A DNA stretch of 64,000 nucleotides, from NCBI GenBank assembly GCA_027451665.1, contig DAIDIW010000001.1, positions 5,354 through 69,353 on the forward strand, written 5' to 3'. Under the pieces are notes generated by a model. It saw only the letters and a program-made list of their open reading frames with translations, searched no databases and had not been told where the DNA came from. This document shows, one piece after another, positions 28,101 through 38,487 of the stretch. Each line of letters starts with the position of its first letter. Within the stretch, counting starts at the first letter, position 1. Position numbers and translations under genes: made by a program. Source of the stretch: Candidatus Kaiserbacteria bacterium (GTDB taxonomy: Bacteria; Patescibacteriota; Minisyncoccia; Phycocordibacterales; Phycocordibacteraceae).

Positions 28101-28405
28101 TGTTTCCGAGGCGAAACCGCCTATCAAAAGACGCCTTCCTGGCTCCCGGGAAGCGTCTCGCGTCTTCTCATATGGCGGTATTCATCCCCCACCACCCCAT
28201 CCGTGGGTACGCGGTCATAGTGTCTAAGAAGACCGCGAGGCTCTCGGTCACCCGGCACCGCTTGAAACGCCGCGTGCAGGCAGCGCTCCGGTCCCTTGAT
28301 CTCCCGCCGGCACTCGTGGTCTACCCGCGCAGTTCCGTGCTCACGCTGCCTTTTAGTGAACTGCAGGCCGAACTCAGAGAACTTGTGCGTAAAATCCGTT
28401 CGTAG
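28100..28405 (+). CDS. rnpA: Ribonuclease P protein component
   Basis: [28 protein letters not shown] (RNR-like motif); follows rpmH. Confidence 0.88.
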   Translation: MFPRRNRLSKDAFLAPGKRLASSHMAVFIPHHPIRGYAVIVSKKTARLSVTRHRLKRRVQAALRSLDLPPALVVYPRSSVLTLPFSELQAELRELVRKIRS

Positions 28406-28452
28406 TGTTGTCTTCGGTCGCCAATTCAAAATACATACAGTACAATCGACCT

Positions 28453-29220
28453 GTGATTTCAACGCTCTTCCACGCCGTTTTCTATAATCCGATCTACAAC
28501 GCCCTCGTGGCGCTCGTTTCGATTATCCCGGGCGGGGATGTCGGGGTGGCGGTGATTATCATCACGATCATCATACGGCTCATCCTGCTCCCCTTTTCGT
28601 TGTCTGCGGCGCGCACCCAGCGGGCGATGCGGCACCTCGAACCGAAACTGAAGGAGCTCAAGGAGGTACATAAGGGCGATAAAGAGAAGGAGGCCATAGC
28701 GACCCTCGAGCTCTATCGAGAGGCGAAGGTGAACCCCTTCGCGAGCATCCTCACGATCTTCATCCAGATACCCGTCCTCCTCGCGCTGTATTGGGTATTC
28801 CTCTACGAACCCTTCACGAAGATAGACCTCGCACGGCTCTATGGCTTTACCCCGGTTCCGCATGTCATTGCGCTCCATTTTCTCGGTCTCGTTGCAGTGA
28901 ACAGCAAGAGCGTCGCGCTTGCGCTGATTGCAGGGTTCACACAGTACGTGCAGGCACATTTTGCGCTGTCAGGGACGAGCGCGGCGGGTAAGGACGGGGT
29001 GAATGCGGGCCGGGGCGATTTTCAGAAGATGATGGGTACGCAGTTAAAGTATGTGTTCCCCTTCATTATCGCCGCGATCTCCTACACTACCGGCGCGGCG
29101 ATAGCACTCTACTTCATCACGACCAATCTCGTCGGAGTCGCTCAGGAATGGTATGTCCGCCGTTCGCTCGCGGCAGAATTCGCCGCGCGTGAGGCAAGGC
29201 TCGAGACGAACGCGGGCTGA
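28453..29220 (+). CDS. yidC: YidC/Oxa1 membrane insertase
   Basis: IRLILLP, LYREAKVNPF, IQIPVL, LYF; synteny with rnpA. Confidence 0.92.
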   Translation: MISTLFHAVFYNPIYNALVALVSIIPGGDVGVAVIIITIIIRLILLPFSLSAARTQRAMRHLEPKLKELKEVHKGDKEKEAIATLELYREAKVNPFASILTIFIQIPVLLALYWVFLYEPFTKIDLARLYGFTPVPHVIALHFLGLVAVNSKSVALALIAGFTQYVQAHFALSGTSAAGKDGVNAGRGDFQKMMGTQLKYVFPFIIAAISYTTGAAIALYFITTNLVGVAQEWYVRRSLAAEFAAREARLETNAG

Positions 29221-29277
29221 TCTTGTGCGGATAGTAGAAAAGGCTCGCGTCTCGTGAGGCGGGCCTTTTCATGCCTC

Positions 29278-30474
29278 CTAGAGCGTATACGACCAGAGCG
29301 AACCGTCGGTCTTGTTTATAAATACGAGCGTCGTGTCATTCGGATCGACCGCGAGCGCTTCGGCATCGAGTGGCTTACCCGTTTCCTTGTTGAAATCCAG
29401 CAGGAATTGCGCGTACCGCCCGGCGACATCGATCTTCCAGAGCTGGTCGTTGAAGGTCACTGCTCCCTGGTACCAGTCGTCAGGATACTGATACTGCGCC
29501 GAGGGCGCGCTGGGGACGCCGCAATAGGCGGCCGAGCTGTCAGCGGCCCAGGCGCACTTGTCGGCTATGGTGGCGACAGGGAGCGCCGTCGTCTGTCCGT
29601 CCTTCAGGTTTACAAGCGAGAGGTGCATCACGCCGCTGTCGCTGCTGCTTACGAGCGCCCAGTTCCCGTCGGGCGATGGGAGGGCGACGAGCCCGTCAAG
29701 CGGTCCGGCGATGCGCGAGAACTGGCCGGCAGCATTCACGAGGTAGGCATATCCGGCGATAGACGCGGACGGCTTCGTGAAGGCGAGGTATTGATTCTTT
29801 CCTGCCGCGTAGACACGCAGCATAGAGAGTGGGGTCGAGAAGGCGAATCCGCCGCTCGAGCCGTCAAATCCGTAGTGCGTTCCGCTCGACCCATTCGCGT
29901 CAGAGGCGAGTGTAAGCACGCTCGTCGAAGATACGGCGAGATCGCCGATGTCCTGCGGGAGGAAGAAGCCGCTTCCTCCATCGTATGTGAGCCCGTACGT
30001 GTTCACGGTCGTGAAGTCAGTCCCTGAAAGATACTCTACGAATGCGGTCTGCCCGTCAGGCGTCCAGAAGGCCCGCTCGATGCCTGGGATCGTGCGGTTA
30101 CTAGTACGCGTATTCTGGCCCTGCATCTCGGAGTACGCGTATATGTTTCCGCTCTGGCGATCGATGTAGCGCACGAGTGTGTCTGCGGAGGAGCTTGCCG
30201 TGGGTGGAATGTCGACGACCGCTTCGCCCGGGACGATGGGTCCCTGAGCGATCTCGACGAGCTTCGCCGTAACCTTGTTCGGTGTGCCAATAGGCGTCCC
30301 GTTCGCGAGGGTTGAGCTCGCAGTCGCGGTGGTCGCCTGCCCTGCCGAAGGCAGCGTCGAGCTCGGCGGCGCCACAGCTACGCCCGCCGTGTGCACGAAG
30401 AGGAGGAAATACGCAGCAACTCCGAGTCCGATGACTACGATGGCGATTGCGAGGATGAGAAGAGTGCGGCGCAT
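29278..30474 (-). CDS. Membrane-anchored secreted protein, likely beta-propeller
   Basis: N-terminal TM; WTPDG, PSPDG, WAADS repeats; YPDDWYQG. Confidence 0.7.
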   Translation of the reverse strand: MRRTLLILAIAIVVIGLGVAAYFLLFVHTAGVAVAPPSSTLPSAGQATTATASSTLANGTPIGTPNKVTAKLVEIAQGPIVPGEAVVDIPPTASSSADTLVRYIDRQSGNIYAYSEMQGQNTRTSNRTIPGIERAFWTPDGQTAFVEYLSGTDFTTVNTYGLTYDGGSGFFLPQDIGDLAVSSTSVLTLASDANGSSGTHYGFDGSSGGFAFSTPLSMLRVYAAGKNQYLAFTKPSASIAGYAYLVNAAGQFSRIAGPLDGLVALPSPDGNWALVSSSDSGVMHLSLVNLKDGQTTALPVATIADKCAWAADSSAAYCGVPSAPSAQYQYPDDWYQGAVTFNDQLWKIDVAGRYAQFLLDFNKETGKPLDAEALAVDPNDTTLVFINKTDGSLWSYTL

Positions 30475-30477
30475 ACG

Positions 30478-31257
30478 CTAATGAGAGCTCATCGTGCTGT
30501 GGTATGAGCACTGAATCTTAAGTATGTCGTTTTTCACGGGGCAAGATGAGGCGCTACTGGCGGTTCCAAAAAATCCAGTGGCCGGAGGAAAGTTCGTGTC
30601 TATCGCTCCTCCCGGTGTTATGCAGACAGCCTGTGCATCTGCAGTTTCGAAGCCTGGTGTGTTGTCAACGCATTGCTGCGCAGCACTCGAGCAGCTTCCG
30701 TTCATGCAAGCGATAAAGATTGTACCGTTTTGGTATGCGCTGCCGTTCGTCGAGTTCTCGTACGAAGGGGGTGGTGGTGCTGTCTCAGGGTTAACCCACT
30801 TGCCCCACTTTGTATGAAGTGGTTGGAGATTTATAGAGAGATTGAGAATCGCGGGGTTTATGAGCGAGAAAACGAGCACAGGCGAGAGCACGAGCACGAG
30901 GCCTATGATGGCTTGCGTGATGCGTTCCCGGCCGGCGGATTTGCTCGATATGGAATCTTGTGTCGAGATCTCAAGACCGCCCCAAATGATGAGGATGACT
31001 GCCAATGTCGCTGCGAGACCGACGAGATATCTATAGAGATTATTTAGAAAGTCTGCGAGACCCTTTGAGCTTGCGACGGCATTCTGCGTGAGACCGGGGA
31101 TCGGTGCGATAGGCACATAGCCACTGTTCGAATCCGTTTGTGTCTGGGCAGTCAGAGTGGTGCTGCCGTCCGCCGCTGCGGCGCTTTGCGCATGTGTAGC
31201 GACGGGTACGAGCAATACAAGCGAAAGGATGAGTGTTGGTAGGAGGGAGCGGTTCAT
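30478..31257 (-). CDS. TrbC/VirB2-like pilin-domain protein with Cys-rich tail
   Basis: Signal peptide; LAVILIIWGG..GRERITQAIIGLVLVLS..LINPAIL pilin hairpin. Confidence 0.75.
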   Translation of the reverse strand: MNRSLLPTLILSLVLLVPVATHAQSAAAADGSTTLTAQTQTDSNSGYVPIAPIPGLTQNAVASSKGLADFLNNLYRYLVGLAATLAVILIIWGGLEISTQDSISSKSAGRERITQAIIGLVLVLSPVLVFSLINPAILNLSINLQPLHTKWGKWVNPETAPPPPSYENSTNGSAYQNGTIFIACMNGSCSSAAQQCVDNTPGFETADAQAVCITPGGAIDTNFPPATGFFGTASSASSCPVKNDILKIQCSYHSTMSSH

Positions 31258-32264
31258 AGTCCGAAGAGGCTAGTAGAGTTCGTACCAAAGGTGAGCGTGA
31301 GCGCTTGCGTCGCTTCAGCACCGAGCACGCCGGCAGATGCGGTCGCCGAAACGTTCGCGCTCCCCTGTCCGGAACCCGTCGGACGCAAGGTGAGTGTGCC
31401 GCCCGTCTGCGCCGAAGCGCCGTTCAGGAACCATGTGAGCGTCGGTGCTCCTTGCGAGATTGGGAATGAGAACGGGGCCGCGTAGAGCGAAACTTCAGGG
31501 CTCGTGATCGTGTAGCTCCCAGTAAGCGCATGGTCGAACCGGATGCCACGCAAGGGGTCGTTCTCGTAGAGCCGGAGCGTGGGCGCTACTGGGGTGAGCG
31601 TCTCGTCCGCGCCGCCGACGAGCGTGCCGTCCGTGCTCGCTACCGTCACCGAGACGGTGCGATCTCGGTACTCAAGCGGAGAACCAACAACTAGCGTGTC
31701 CTGCCCTACTCCGGAATCGCCGGCGAGTTGCGTGCCGTCCACGCTCCAGCGGTAGGAGAGCTGCGTCGGGTCGATCAGCTTTCCGGAAGCGGTCCGGAAA
31801 TCGGCGACCGCCACGAGGCGCGTCTGGCCGCCAAGCGGAACGAGCGGTTTGCCGAGGTAGAGCGGCGGCGCCGAGGATTCCGGCTCGAGTACGAGTGAGA
31901 CCTCCTGCGGCGTTATAGTGACGGTCTGCGGATAGGAGGTGCCATTCTCGGCGATTGTGACGGTCGCTTTCACGGGGAGGCCTCCTGCTCCGAGCGGGAC
32001 AGGTACGGTGCGCACGTTTCCTTGGTAGATCTGCTTTCCTGCTACGGATACCGTGAGTGAAGCGCTCGAGAGATCGAGCTCGCTCGACACGAAAGAGAGC
32101 GTCGCTGTGCTGTAAGGCTGCGGAAACTGCGGCGCAACAGAGATGTCATACGCGGTACTGCTCGGCAGTCCGGATGGGCCAAATGATTGAGCAGCTACCG
32201 AGAGCGGGAGCGCCGCGATAAGCGCGCAAATACCCCCAGAGAGCCATACGCCGCGGGTGGTCAT
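31254..32264 (-). CDS. Secreted Ig-like repeat protein
   Basis: Signal peptide; LSYRWSVDG and LTWFLNG repeats. Confidence 0.7.
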   Translation of the reverse strand: MTTRGVWLSGGICALIAALPLSVAAQSFGPSGLPSSTAYDISVAPQFPQPYSTATLSFVSSELDLSSASLTVSVAGKQIYQGNVRTVPVPLGAGGLPVKATVTIAENGTSYPQTVTITPQEVSLVLEPESSAPPLYLGKPLVPLGGQTRLVAVADFRTASGKLIDPTQLSYRWSVDGTQLAGDSGVGQDTLVVGSPLEYRDRTVSVTVASTDGTLVGGADETLTPVAPTLRLYENDPLRGIRFDHALTGSYTITSPEVSLYAAPFSFPISQGAPTLTWFLNGASAQTGGTLTLRPTGSGQGSANVSATASAGVLGAEATQALTLTFGTNSTSLFGL

Positions 32265-32293
32265 TCCTCCAGTATATCGCTCTCTCGTGTTCC

Positions 32294-32860
32294 TCAGGCC
32301 GCTTCGGCGGGAGCTCCGGGGATTTCTTCGGTTTGGTTATCGTTTGCCGCACGTAGCCGCGCCGCCTTTGCGAGCTGTGCCGCTTCGCGGGCCTCACGTG
32401 CCGCCGCACTCGTCCGCTCCCATTGTTTGAGCGTCTCGCGCTCTTTCCGTATCTGCGCGCGGAACATAAAGAATGCCATAAGGAAGGTGCTCCCCATGAT
32501 GCCCTCGAGGAGCCATAGGATGCCGGTCGGGTGTTTCGTGATGATGTGCGTATCTATCATGAGGATGAAGATGAGCACGAGGAACCAGCCGCTGATTGCC
32601 ATCGTGATGGACATGACCGTACCGAATGCTGCGAGCACGGGCGTCGCCGTGTACCCTGCCAAGCCGGCCACCGCACCGGCAATATGCCCCTCGATGCCTC
32701 CCCCGTAATAGCTCGAGACGCCATACCCGATGACAGCGGGCCCCCACAGCCAGAAGAATAGGAACGCATAACGGAATAGGTCGAACAGCCCGCCTATGAC
32801 GAGGCTCGGGGTAGCTGTCGCCCAGCTCATCGTCTTTGGTCGCGGTGGCATGGCGGTCAT
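32294..32860 (-). CDS. Hypothetical multi-TM protein
   Basis: Hydrophobic segments and a charged tail; co-oriented in the VirB4 operon. Confidence 0.65.
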   Translation of the reverse strand: MTAMPPRPKTMSWATATPSLVIGGLFDLFRYAFLFFWLWGPAVIGYGVSSYYGGGIEGHIAGAVAGLAGYTATPVLAAFGTVMSITMAISGWFLVLIFILMIDTHIITKHPTGILWLLEGIMGSTFLMAFFMFRAQIRKERETLKQWERTSAAAREAREAAQLAKAARLRAANDNQTEEIPGAPAEAA

Positions 32861-32896
32861 CGCTATCAGTATAGCGGTGAATGGCGCACGAGACGC

Positions 32897-34732
32897 CTAG
32901 GCTACGCCAGCCTGTTGGTTCTCATCGGCGGCGAGGCGTCCTTTCTCCTCTTGTATGGAAAGGAGCTGCGAAGGGTCGCTCGTGATGATTTGGTCTTCGG
33001 TGTAGCTTGCGACGACCTTTATCGCGACGTGCTTCAGTCCCGCGAAGAAGAGCCCCTCGCCGACCCCGGCTTCCAGTAGAAGGTACTTCTCCTCGTCCGT
33101 CAGGTTGAAGGTCTTCTGGAGAGTGTCGATGGTGGTAGGCGATTGCTTCAAGAGGAGTTGGAGCGATGAGTTCGTGAGGATCGGCCGGCCATAGGGCGAG
33201 CGGAGGAAGTCTTCCACATCCTGGGTGATGGTTGCGACGCCGAGGTAGTACTTGCGTCCGCGTTTCGCGAGACTGTAGAGGAAGCTTGCGGTGTCCTCGC
33301 TCTTCATCATCCACCACGCCTCATCGATCACGAGGAGCCGCTTCTTGAGCTCGTGCCGCACCGCGTTCCAGATGTAGTGCGTGATTATGTACATTGCGAC
33401 CGGCTTGAGCTCATCCTCCATATCGCGGACGGAGAATACCGCGAATTGTTGCGAAAGGTCGATGTTCGTCGGTTGGTTTAAGAATCCTGACCACGTACCG
33501 CGCGTGTACTTTGAGAGGCGCTCGACGAGCGATTCACTGCCATCCATGCCCGAGAGCACCTGCTCGAAATCGGAAAGAAGCGGCGGCTCCGCGCCCGTGA
33601 AATCAGAATCGCCCGTTATGTCCTTAAGCGCATAGGTCTCAGTGATTGCCTGATCGATGATAGCGTCTTCCTCGGGTGTGAGGCCGGAGAGCATGATCCG
33701 GAAGAGGCCGACGAGGTTGATGATGTTCGAACGCAGTATATCCTTCGGGTCCTCATCTTCGCGGACCGGAGGAAGATCGAACGGATTTATGTGATGTTCT
33801 GAAGAGAGCGAGATATGGAATGAACGTCCGCCCGTAGATTCCGCGAGCTGGTCATACTCGCGCTCCGGATCGATCACGATGACATCAGTCCCGAACATGA
33901 GCGAACGGAGTATCTCGAGCTTCGTCGCGTAGGATTTCCCGGAGCCGGACTTCGCGAATACCACTGAGTTGTAGTTCTCGAGCGAGAATCGATCGAAAAG
34001 AATAAGTGAGGAATTATGACGGTTGACGCCGTAGAGGATGCCGCGATCACTCGTGAGGTCGAACGAGACAAATGGGAATATGGATGAGAGCGGCGAGGAA
34101 TTGAGCTTGGAGTTCACCTGGAGTTCATCGGTCCCGAGTGGGAGGCATGACCGGAAGCCCTGCTCCTGTTGAAAGAGCGCGGGCTTCGTGTAGACGAGCT
34201 TCGCGTCGAGGATGCCGCGTATATCCCCTTCCGTTTTGTCGATATCCTCTTTTGAATCGCCGTAGAGCGCAAGGTAGAGACCTACGTCGAAGAGCTTCTC
34301 CTGTGCCTGTTGAAGGTTGTCGCGAAGATTCTCGAGATCCTGGTACGCGGTATCGAGCAGCGGATCTCGAACGAGCCCTTTTGCTTCCCGATCAGCGATC
34401 TGGCTCTGCACCTCGGCGACCTTCTTCTGGAAGGAGCGGAGGGCCTGTTCGGTATCGACCGGATGCACGAATAGGGAGACATCGAGCACCTGGTCCAGGT
34501 TGATGACTGGAGAGAACCAGCCGTCCGCGAGGAAGCGCGGATACGAGATGGTGTAGAAGGAGCGTGCGAACTTTTCGCCGAGCTGTATCTCGCGCGACCC
34601 GATCTGGAGCGCCGTCGGCGCGATGGTATCGACGAGGTTCAGAGAACCCTGCCGGTAAATGTCCTTCGGCAGTATGGGGACGACTTCCGGAGACTCTTCT
34701 TTCTTGCGGTTGAGAATATCGAGGAGGCTCAT
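32897..34732 (-). CDS. VirB4/ConE-like ATPase
   Basis: AKSGSGKS, IDPEREY, INPFD, IDEAW, RGRKY, TQ. Confidence 0.9.
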   Translation of the reverse strand: MSLLDILNRKKEESPEVVPILPKDIYRQGSLNLVDTIAPTALQIGSREIQLGEKFARSFYTISYPRFLADGWFSPVINLDQVLDVSLFVHPVDTEQALRSFQKKVAEVQSQIADREAKGLVRDPLLDTAYQDLENLRDNLQQAQEKLFDVGLYLALYGDSKEDIDKTEGDIRGILDAKLVYTKPALFQQEQGFRSCLPLGTDELQVNSKLNSSPLSSIFPFVSFDLTSDRGILYGVNRHNSSLILFDRFSLENYNSVVFAKSGSGKSYATKLEILRSLMFGTDVIVIDPEREYDQLAESTGGRSFHISLSSEHHINPFDLPPVREDEDPKDILRSNIINLVGLFRIMLSGLTPEEDAIIDQAITETYALKDITGDSDFTGAEPPLLSDFEQVLSGMDGSESLVERLSKYTRGTWSGFLNQPTNIDLSQQFAVFSVRDMEDELKPVAMYIITHYIWNAVRHELKKRLLVIDEAWWMMKSEDTASFLYSLAKRGRKYYLGVATITQDVEDFLRSPYGRPILTNSSLQLLLKQSPTTIDTLQKTFNLTDEEKYLLLEAGVGEGLFFAGLKHVAIKVVASYTEDQIITSDPSQLLSIQEEKGRLAADENQQAGVA

Positions 34733-34735
34733 GGT

Positions 34736-35371
34736 TTAGGAATCAAGACGAATGGGGTTCTCAAGCTCTCCCGGGTTGAAGGAGCGGTAGAGAAGTTCAA
34801 TAGTTTCCTCGGTATCGAGCGGGACGGCGCGCACGCCCGTGCCCGCGAGTCCCTCGGCGACCAAGGCAAGCCGCTGTTCGAGTTGAGCGCGGTCTTCTTC
34901 GAAATCGGTCTCGCGAGCCTCCGCGCGGCGCTTCCCTCCTCCGAAAAGGCCGGCCGCTGCACCGACGGCATTCAGATGCGGCGCGTACGGGACCACAACG
35001 TAGAAGGATTTTGTCATGATATTTGCGCCCTCAGCGAACGAACGAATGAATTCGACGTACTCGCGCAGCTGGATACGCAGGAGCTCGGTGCGCTGTTCGG
35101 GCGTCTTCTTTTCGAGGATTGCGAGGTAGGGCCGCAAGTCCATCTTCCGGGAATTCACAACGATCTGGATGGAGAAATCCAAGGTATTAAGGAAATTTTG
35201 AAATCCGAGAATGATGCTGCGTTGTTCATCTGCGGATTTCAGACCGAAATTGACTGAAGAACAGATAAGGATACCCCGGTAGCTCCCGTCTTTGAGCACG
35301 ACCGCGCCGTTCCGGATTTCTTTCACCGGTACGAATTGCTGCGTAGCGCCGCTCGCTCTCGTCGTACTCAT
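34736..35371 (-). CDS. Conserved protein resembling a VirB4 N-terminal partner
   Basis: TQQFVPVKEIRNG, SVNFGLKSADEQ, FLNTLDFSIQI; lies between prgI and virB4. Confidence 0.75.
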   Translation of the reverse strand: MSTTRASGATQQFVPVKEIRNGAVVLKDGSYRGILICSSVNFGLKSADEQRSIILGFQNFLNTLDFSIQIVVNSRKMDLRPYLAILEKKTPEQRTELLRIQLREYVEFIRSFAEGANIMTKSFYVVVPYAPHLNAVGAAAGLFGGGKRRAEARETDFEEDRAQLEQRLALVAEGLAGTGVRAVPLDTEETIELLYRSFNPGELENPIRLDS

Positions 35372-35787
35372 GAGGGGCGTTCATTAGTACCAGTCTCCTG
35401 TTCTACGTCGAGCGACCACGCGAGATCGGAAAGCTTTCCTCGTGTGAGCCGCGGCGCAGCCGCCGTCTTCGGCTTTTCAGGCGCTGCCATCTGTGCCGGG
35501 GCCTTAGGCTCCACGTGTTTCCAGAGAAAGAGTTTCGCGCCAGTGTAATAGTTGAAGGCGGCTTCGAGAATCTGGATGAACGGCTTGCCATTCATCTTAT
35601 AGAACGAGAGTGCGGCACCGAGCGCGCCGACTGGCAATGCGAATATGACGGCGAGCCAGATAGGCAGATAGAAGAAGAAAAGGATGAGCAGCCCGGCCGT
35701 CCCAGCGAGATATATGAACTGCTTTAGCGTAAGTGGTCCGACGATTTTGTCCTCCACTTCGATGAACTGTGGAACCTGGTACTCCAT
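35368..35787 (-). CDS. PrgI-family (VirB3-like) protein
   Basis: MEYQVPQFIEVEDKIVGPLTLKQFIYL plus 2 TM. Confidence 0.85.
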   Translation of the reverse strand: MEYQVPQFIEVEDKIVGPLTLKQFIYLAGTAGLLILFFFYLPIWLAVIFALPVGALGAALSFYKMNGKPFIQILEAAFNYYTGAKLFLWKHVEPKAPAQMAAPEKPKTAAAPRLTRGKLSDLAWSLDVEQETGTNERPS

Positions 35788-35857
35788 CGTCTGCAGTATA
35801 CCGCGCTCCGGCATCAGGGATACGGTTTTCCGCAGGGGACGGACAATCGAGCGGCGC

Positions 35858-36112
35858 CTATTCTCCGCGAATGTCCTTCGTCTGGATCGGACTCTCGATT
35901 CCAGGCGACCATTTTGCGTCTATTTCTCCGAATCGCGCCTCGTATTCTTTAAGGTGATGTTCGAGACTCTGTATGAGCCGCTTCATGTGCTCGGGCGATA
36001 GCGCGTAAGCATTCGCAGTGTCACCCACCATCATGACAAGCACAAAATTCTCCCGAGAATGCCCGGCGAGGACATTCTCGCAGTACTGCTTAGGTATGGT
36101 ATTCAGATCCAT
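35858..36112 (-). CDS. Small conserved protein (DUF3467-like)
   Basis: YCENV...SPEHMKRL..L...LKEYEARFGEI. Confidence 0.7.
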   Translation of the reverse strand: MDLNTIPKQYCENVLAGHSRENFVLVMMVGDTANAYALSPEHMKRLIQSLEHHLKEYEARFGEIDAKWSPGIESPIQTKDIRGE

Positions 36113-36119
36113 GGTCTAT

Positions 36120-36761
36120 CTAGGATAATGGTTGGCCGGTAATGAGCCCGAAGAGCCAGAGCACGAACTGGAAGAACGGTCCGGCGAAAATATATGAGAA
36201 TGCGAATAAGAATACGATAAGGGAGACCATGCCGAGGGACCGAACCTGCCCTTCAAACCGGTGTAATTCGCGGGAGAGGTGCCACGGGAGCGCGCTGCGC
36301 AGTGCGGTGAATCCATCGAGCGGCGGAAAAGGGATCAGATTGAAAGCCCCGAGGAAGAGGTTCACGAGCGCAATGTCTCCTGCGACCGAAAGCGCGGCCG
36401 CGTCGAGGCCGAGCGCAGCGCCGAAGCGCACTACGACTCCGAATACGATTGCGAGCAGGAGATTAGTTGCGCTTCCGGCGATCGCCACAAGCGTCTCGCC
36501 CCAGCGCTTCTCGGAAAGATTGTACGGGTTATAGGGAACCGGCTTCGCCCACCCGAAGAATATGGGAGATCCGGTGAATATGAAAAGCGCCGGTATGATG
36601 ATCGATCCCATGAGATCAATGTGTGGGATTGGATTTAGCGTGAGGCGCCCTGCGAGCCGAGCCGTGGGGTCACCAAGCGCGTCTGCCATATAGCCATGCG
36701 CCACCTCATGGGCGATGATGGAAAGGATAAGGATAGCGAAGGAAAGGATGGCCAGAGTCAT
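36120..36761 (-). CDS. Site-2 protease (M50 family)
   Basis: HEVAH, GDPTA, GWAKPVP, FNLIPFPPLDG. Confidence 0.92.
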   Translation of the reverse strand: MTLAILSFAILILSIIAHEVAHGYMADALGDPTARLAGRLTLNPIPHIDLMGSIIIPALFIFTGSPIFFGWAKPVPYNPYNLSEKRWGETLVAIAGSATNLLLAIVFGVVVRFGAALGLDAAALSVAGDIALVNLFLGAFNLIPFPPLDGFTALRSALPWHLSRELHRFEGQVRSLGMVSLIVFLFAFSYIFAGPFFQFVLWLFGLITGQPLS

Positions 36762-36800
36762 TTGCCTTTATCCTAAATGCTGTGGTAGCATGCGGCAACT

Positions 36801-37043
36801 ATGGCACGCAGCTGCGATATCACCGGCAAGTCGACCCAGATCGGCGGCCGCTATTCTAACCGCGTCCGCGCGACGCAGTTCAACCCGACGGGCAAGGTGC
36901 GCCGCAAGGCGAACCTCACGCGCCGCCGCATCTACGTCCCCGAGCTTAAGAAATGGGTGAACGTCGATATCTCCGTGAAGGGGCTGAAGACGCTCAAGAA
37001 GAATGGGGCGTACGCGACGCTCAAGAAAGCGGGGAAGATTTAG
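36801..37043 (+). CDS. rpmB: 50S ribosomal protein L28
   Basis: MARSCDITGK...RRKANL...ISVKGLKTLKK; terminator at 37073-37102. Confidence 0.9.
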   Translation: MARSCDITGKSTQIGGRYSNRVRATQFNPTGKVRRKANLTRRRIYVPELKKWVNVDISVKGLKTLKKNGAYATLKKAGKI

Positions 37044-37273
37044 TTTCGAACGTTGCCCAGAATATGAGTGACAAAACACCCTCCTCGCCGGGAGGGTGTT
37101 TTACGTATGGTCCGCGGATTCTAGCGCGTCCTTGCTTCCGGTTCAGGTGCGTCGTATAGGTGGATGCTCGCGAGAAAAAGAACTGGAATCGCTGTGAGAA
37201 CGAACCTGTTCGTGCACGGACGGCAAGAGTGGGAATATGCAAGCATAGTACTGCACGGGTATACTACGGAGGT

Positions 37274-38051
37274 ATGTCGCCAGAAGGAAACCATAACGCG
37301 TCGCCGTCATCAGCCCACGAAATGGAAGCAATCGAGGCACCTGATGCAGGGATGGAAGCCATCGAAGAACTCGATTCAGGAGCGCCGGTGGAAGAAGTGC
37401 TCGGCGAGATAGCAGACCTGCTCGGAGCAGCATCGTGGCAAGCTCGATACTGAAGAGGATCGGGAGCGTGCATTTTATGAGATGCATGAGGCTTTTGAAC
37501 GATTCTCAAATCATGAGGTGAAACAACTGTATGATGAAGGCCGCATGCCGACGTTCCACTCGCTCGAGCGTGCTACGAAGCGTGCGCAAGATGCCCTTGC
37601 TCCCTTCGCAGATGAACCTGAGGTGGCGCGCCTCAAGAAATTGCTCGAAGGGTCTGTGAAGCAAGTGAAAATGTGGTGTCGGCGGTATGTGCAGTCCATA
37701 CTCGTGTTCCGGAATGCGCAGCGTGCGATGCGGCGCTTAGATGGTTCCAAACAGGCGGAGGCTTTCTACAAAGCGGACATGGACCGCCGACGCATCCACG
37801 ACGCGCTTTTGAGCTCCGTTGCGACCATAAATAACCTCCTTCATAAGGCGGAAGAGTATGCGGAATTCGAAATGCCGCTCGCGTGGATGGAGGGTACCCC
37901 GATCCCTTCCCGCTTTGCCGCAGAGCACGCGCTCATATTCAGCCCGCAGGCCATCGAAAACCGGAAGCTCATTCGTGATTGGTCCATTGCTGCCGATCGT
38001 ATAGAACAGATCAGACAGACCACCGGTATCTCCGAACCGTTTTCTCCATAA
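37274..38051 (+). pseudogene. Hypothetical protein split by an apparent +1 frameshift at ~37424
   Basis: GGAGG SD and ATG at 37274; removing one G from CTCGGAG gives continuous ...IADLLEQHRGKLDTEEDRERAFYEMHE into ORF 37482-38051. Confidence 0.55.
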
Positions 38052-38108
38052 AATAAAGTACAGCCGCTTGGAATTTTCCCAAGCGGCTGCGTAGCAGGAC
38101 CAACATGC

Positions 38109-38393
38109 CTAACACCGGCCTGTTTCAACGTATTCGAGAAGCAGCGAGCTGCCCATTTCAAATACAGCGGTCAGAAGCGCTTCCTCTGAGACCGGCGTCT
38201 TGATACCAAGTTCTTTACACGCACCTTCCGGTGCAGACTCGAGCAAATGTGTGAGCTCCTTTGCTGTCGGCGAGCCGCGTGCCTTTTCGGCCCCAAGTTC
38301 GTAGATGTTGCTCCCCAGCAGGAGCATCTGTTCTGCAAGCTTCGGATATCGTGCGCGAAAGTCGCGCCATCGCTGCATATCCATACCCACCAT
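38109..38393 (-). CDS. Hypothetical protein
   Basis: MVGMDMQRWRDFRARYPKLAEQ; TATACA -10 six nt upstream; convergent hairpin at 38061-38089. Confidence 0.5.
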   Translation of the reverse strand: MVGMDMQRWRDFRARYPKLAEQMLLLGSNIYELGAEKARGSPTAKELTHLLESAPEGACKELGIKTPVSEEALLTAVFEMGSSLLLEYVETGRC

Positions 38394-38487
38394 CCTGTCT
38401 GTATACCCCACTCTTCTTATAACACATGGATTCTGAGTTGGCAATTTTCATGTTTTCTCATCTTTCAGCGTGGTACATTTTGCGTAT

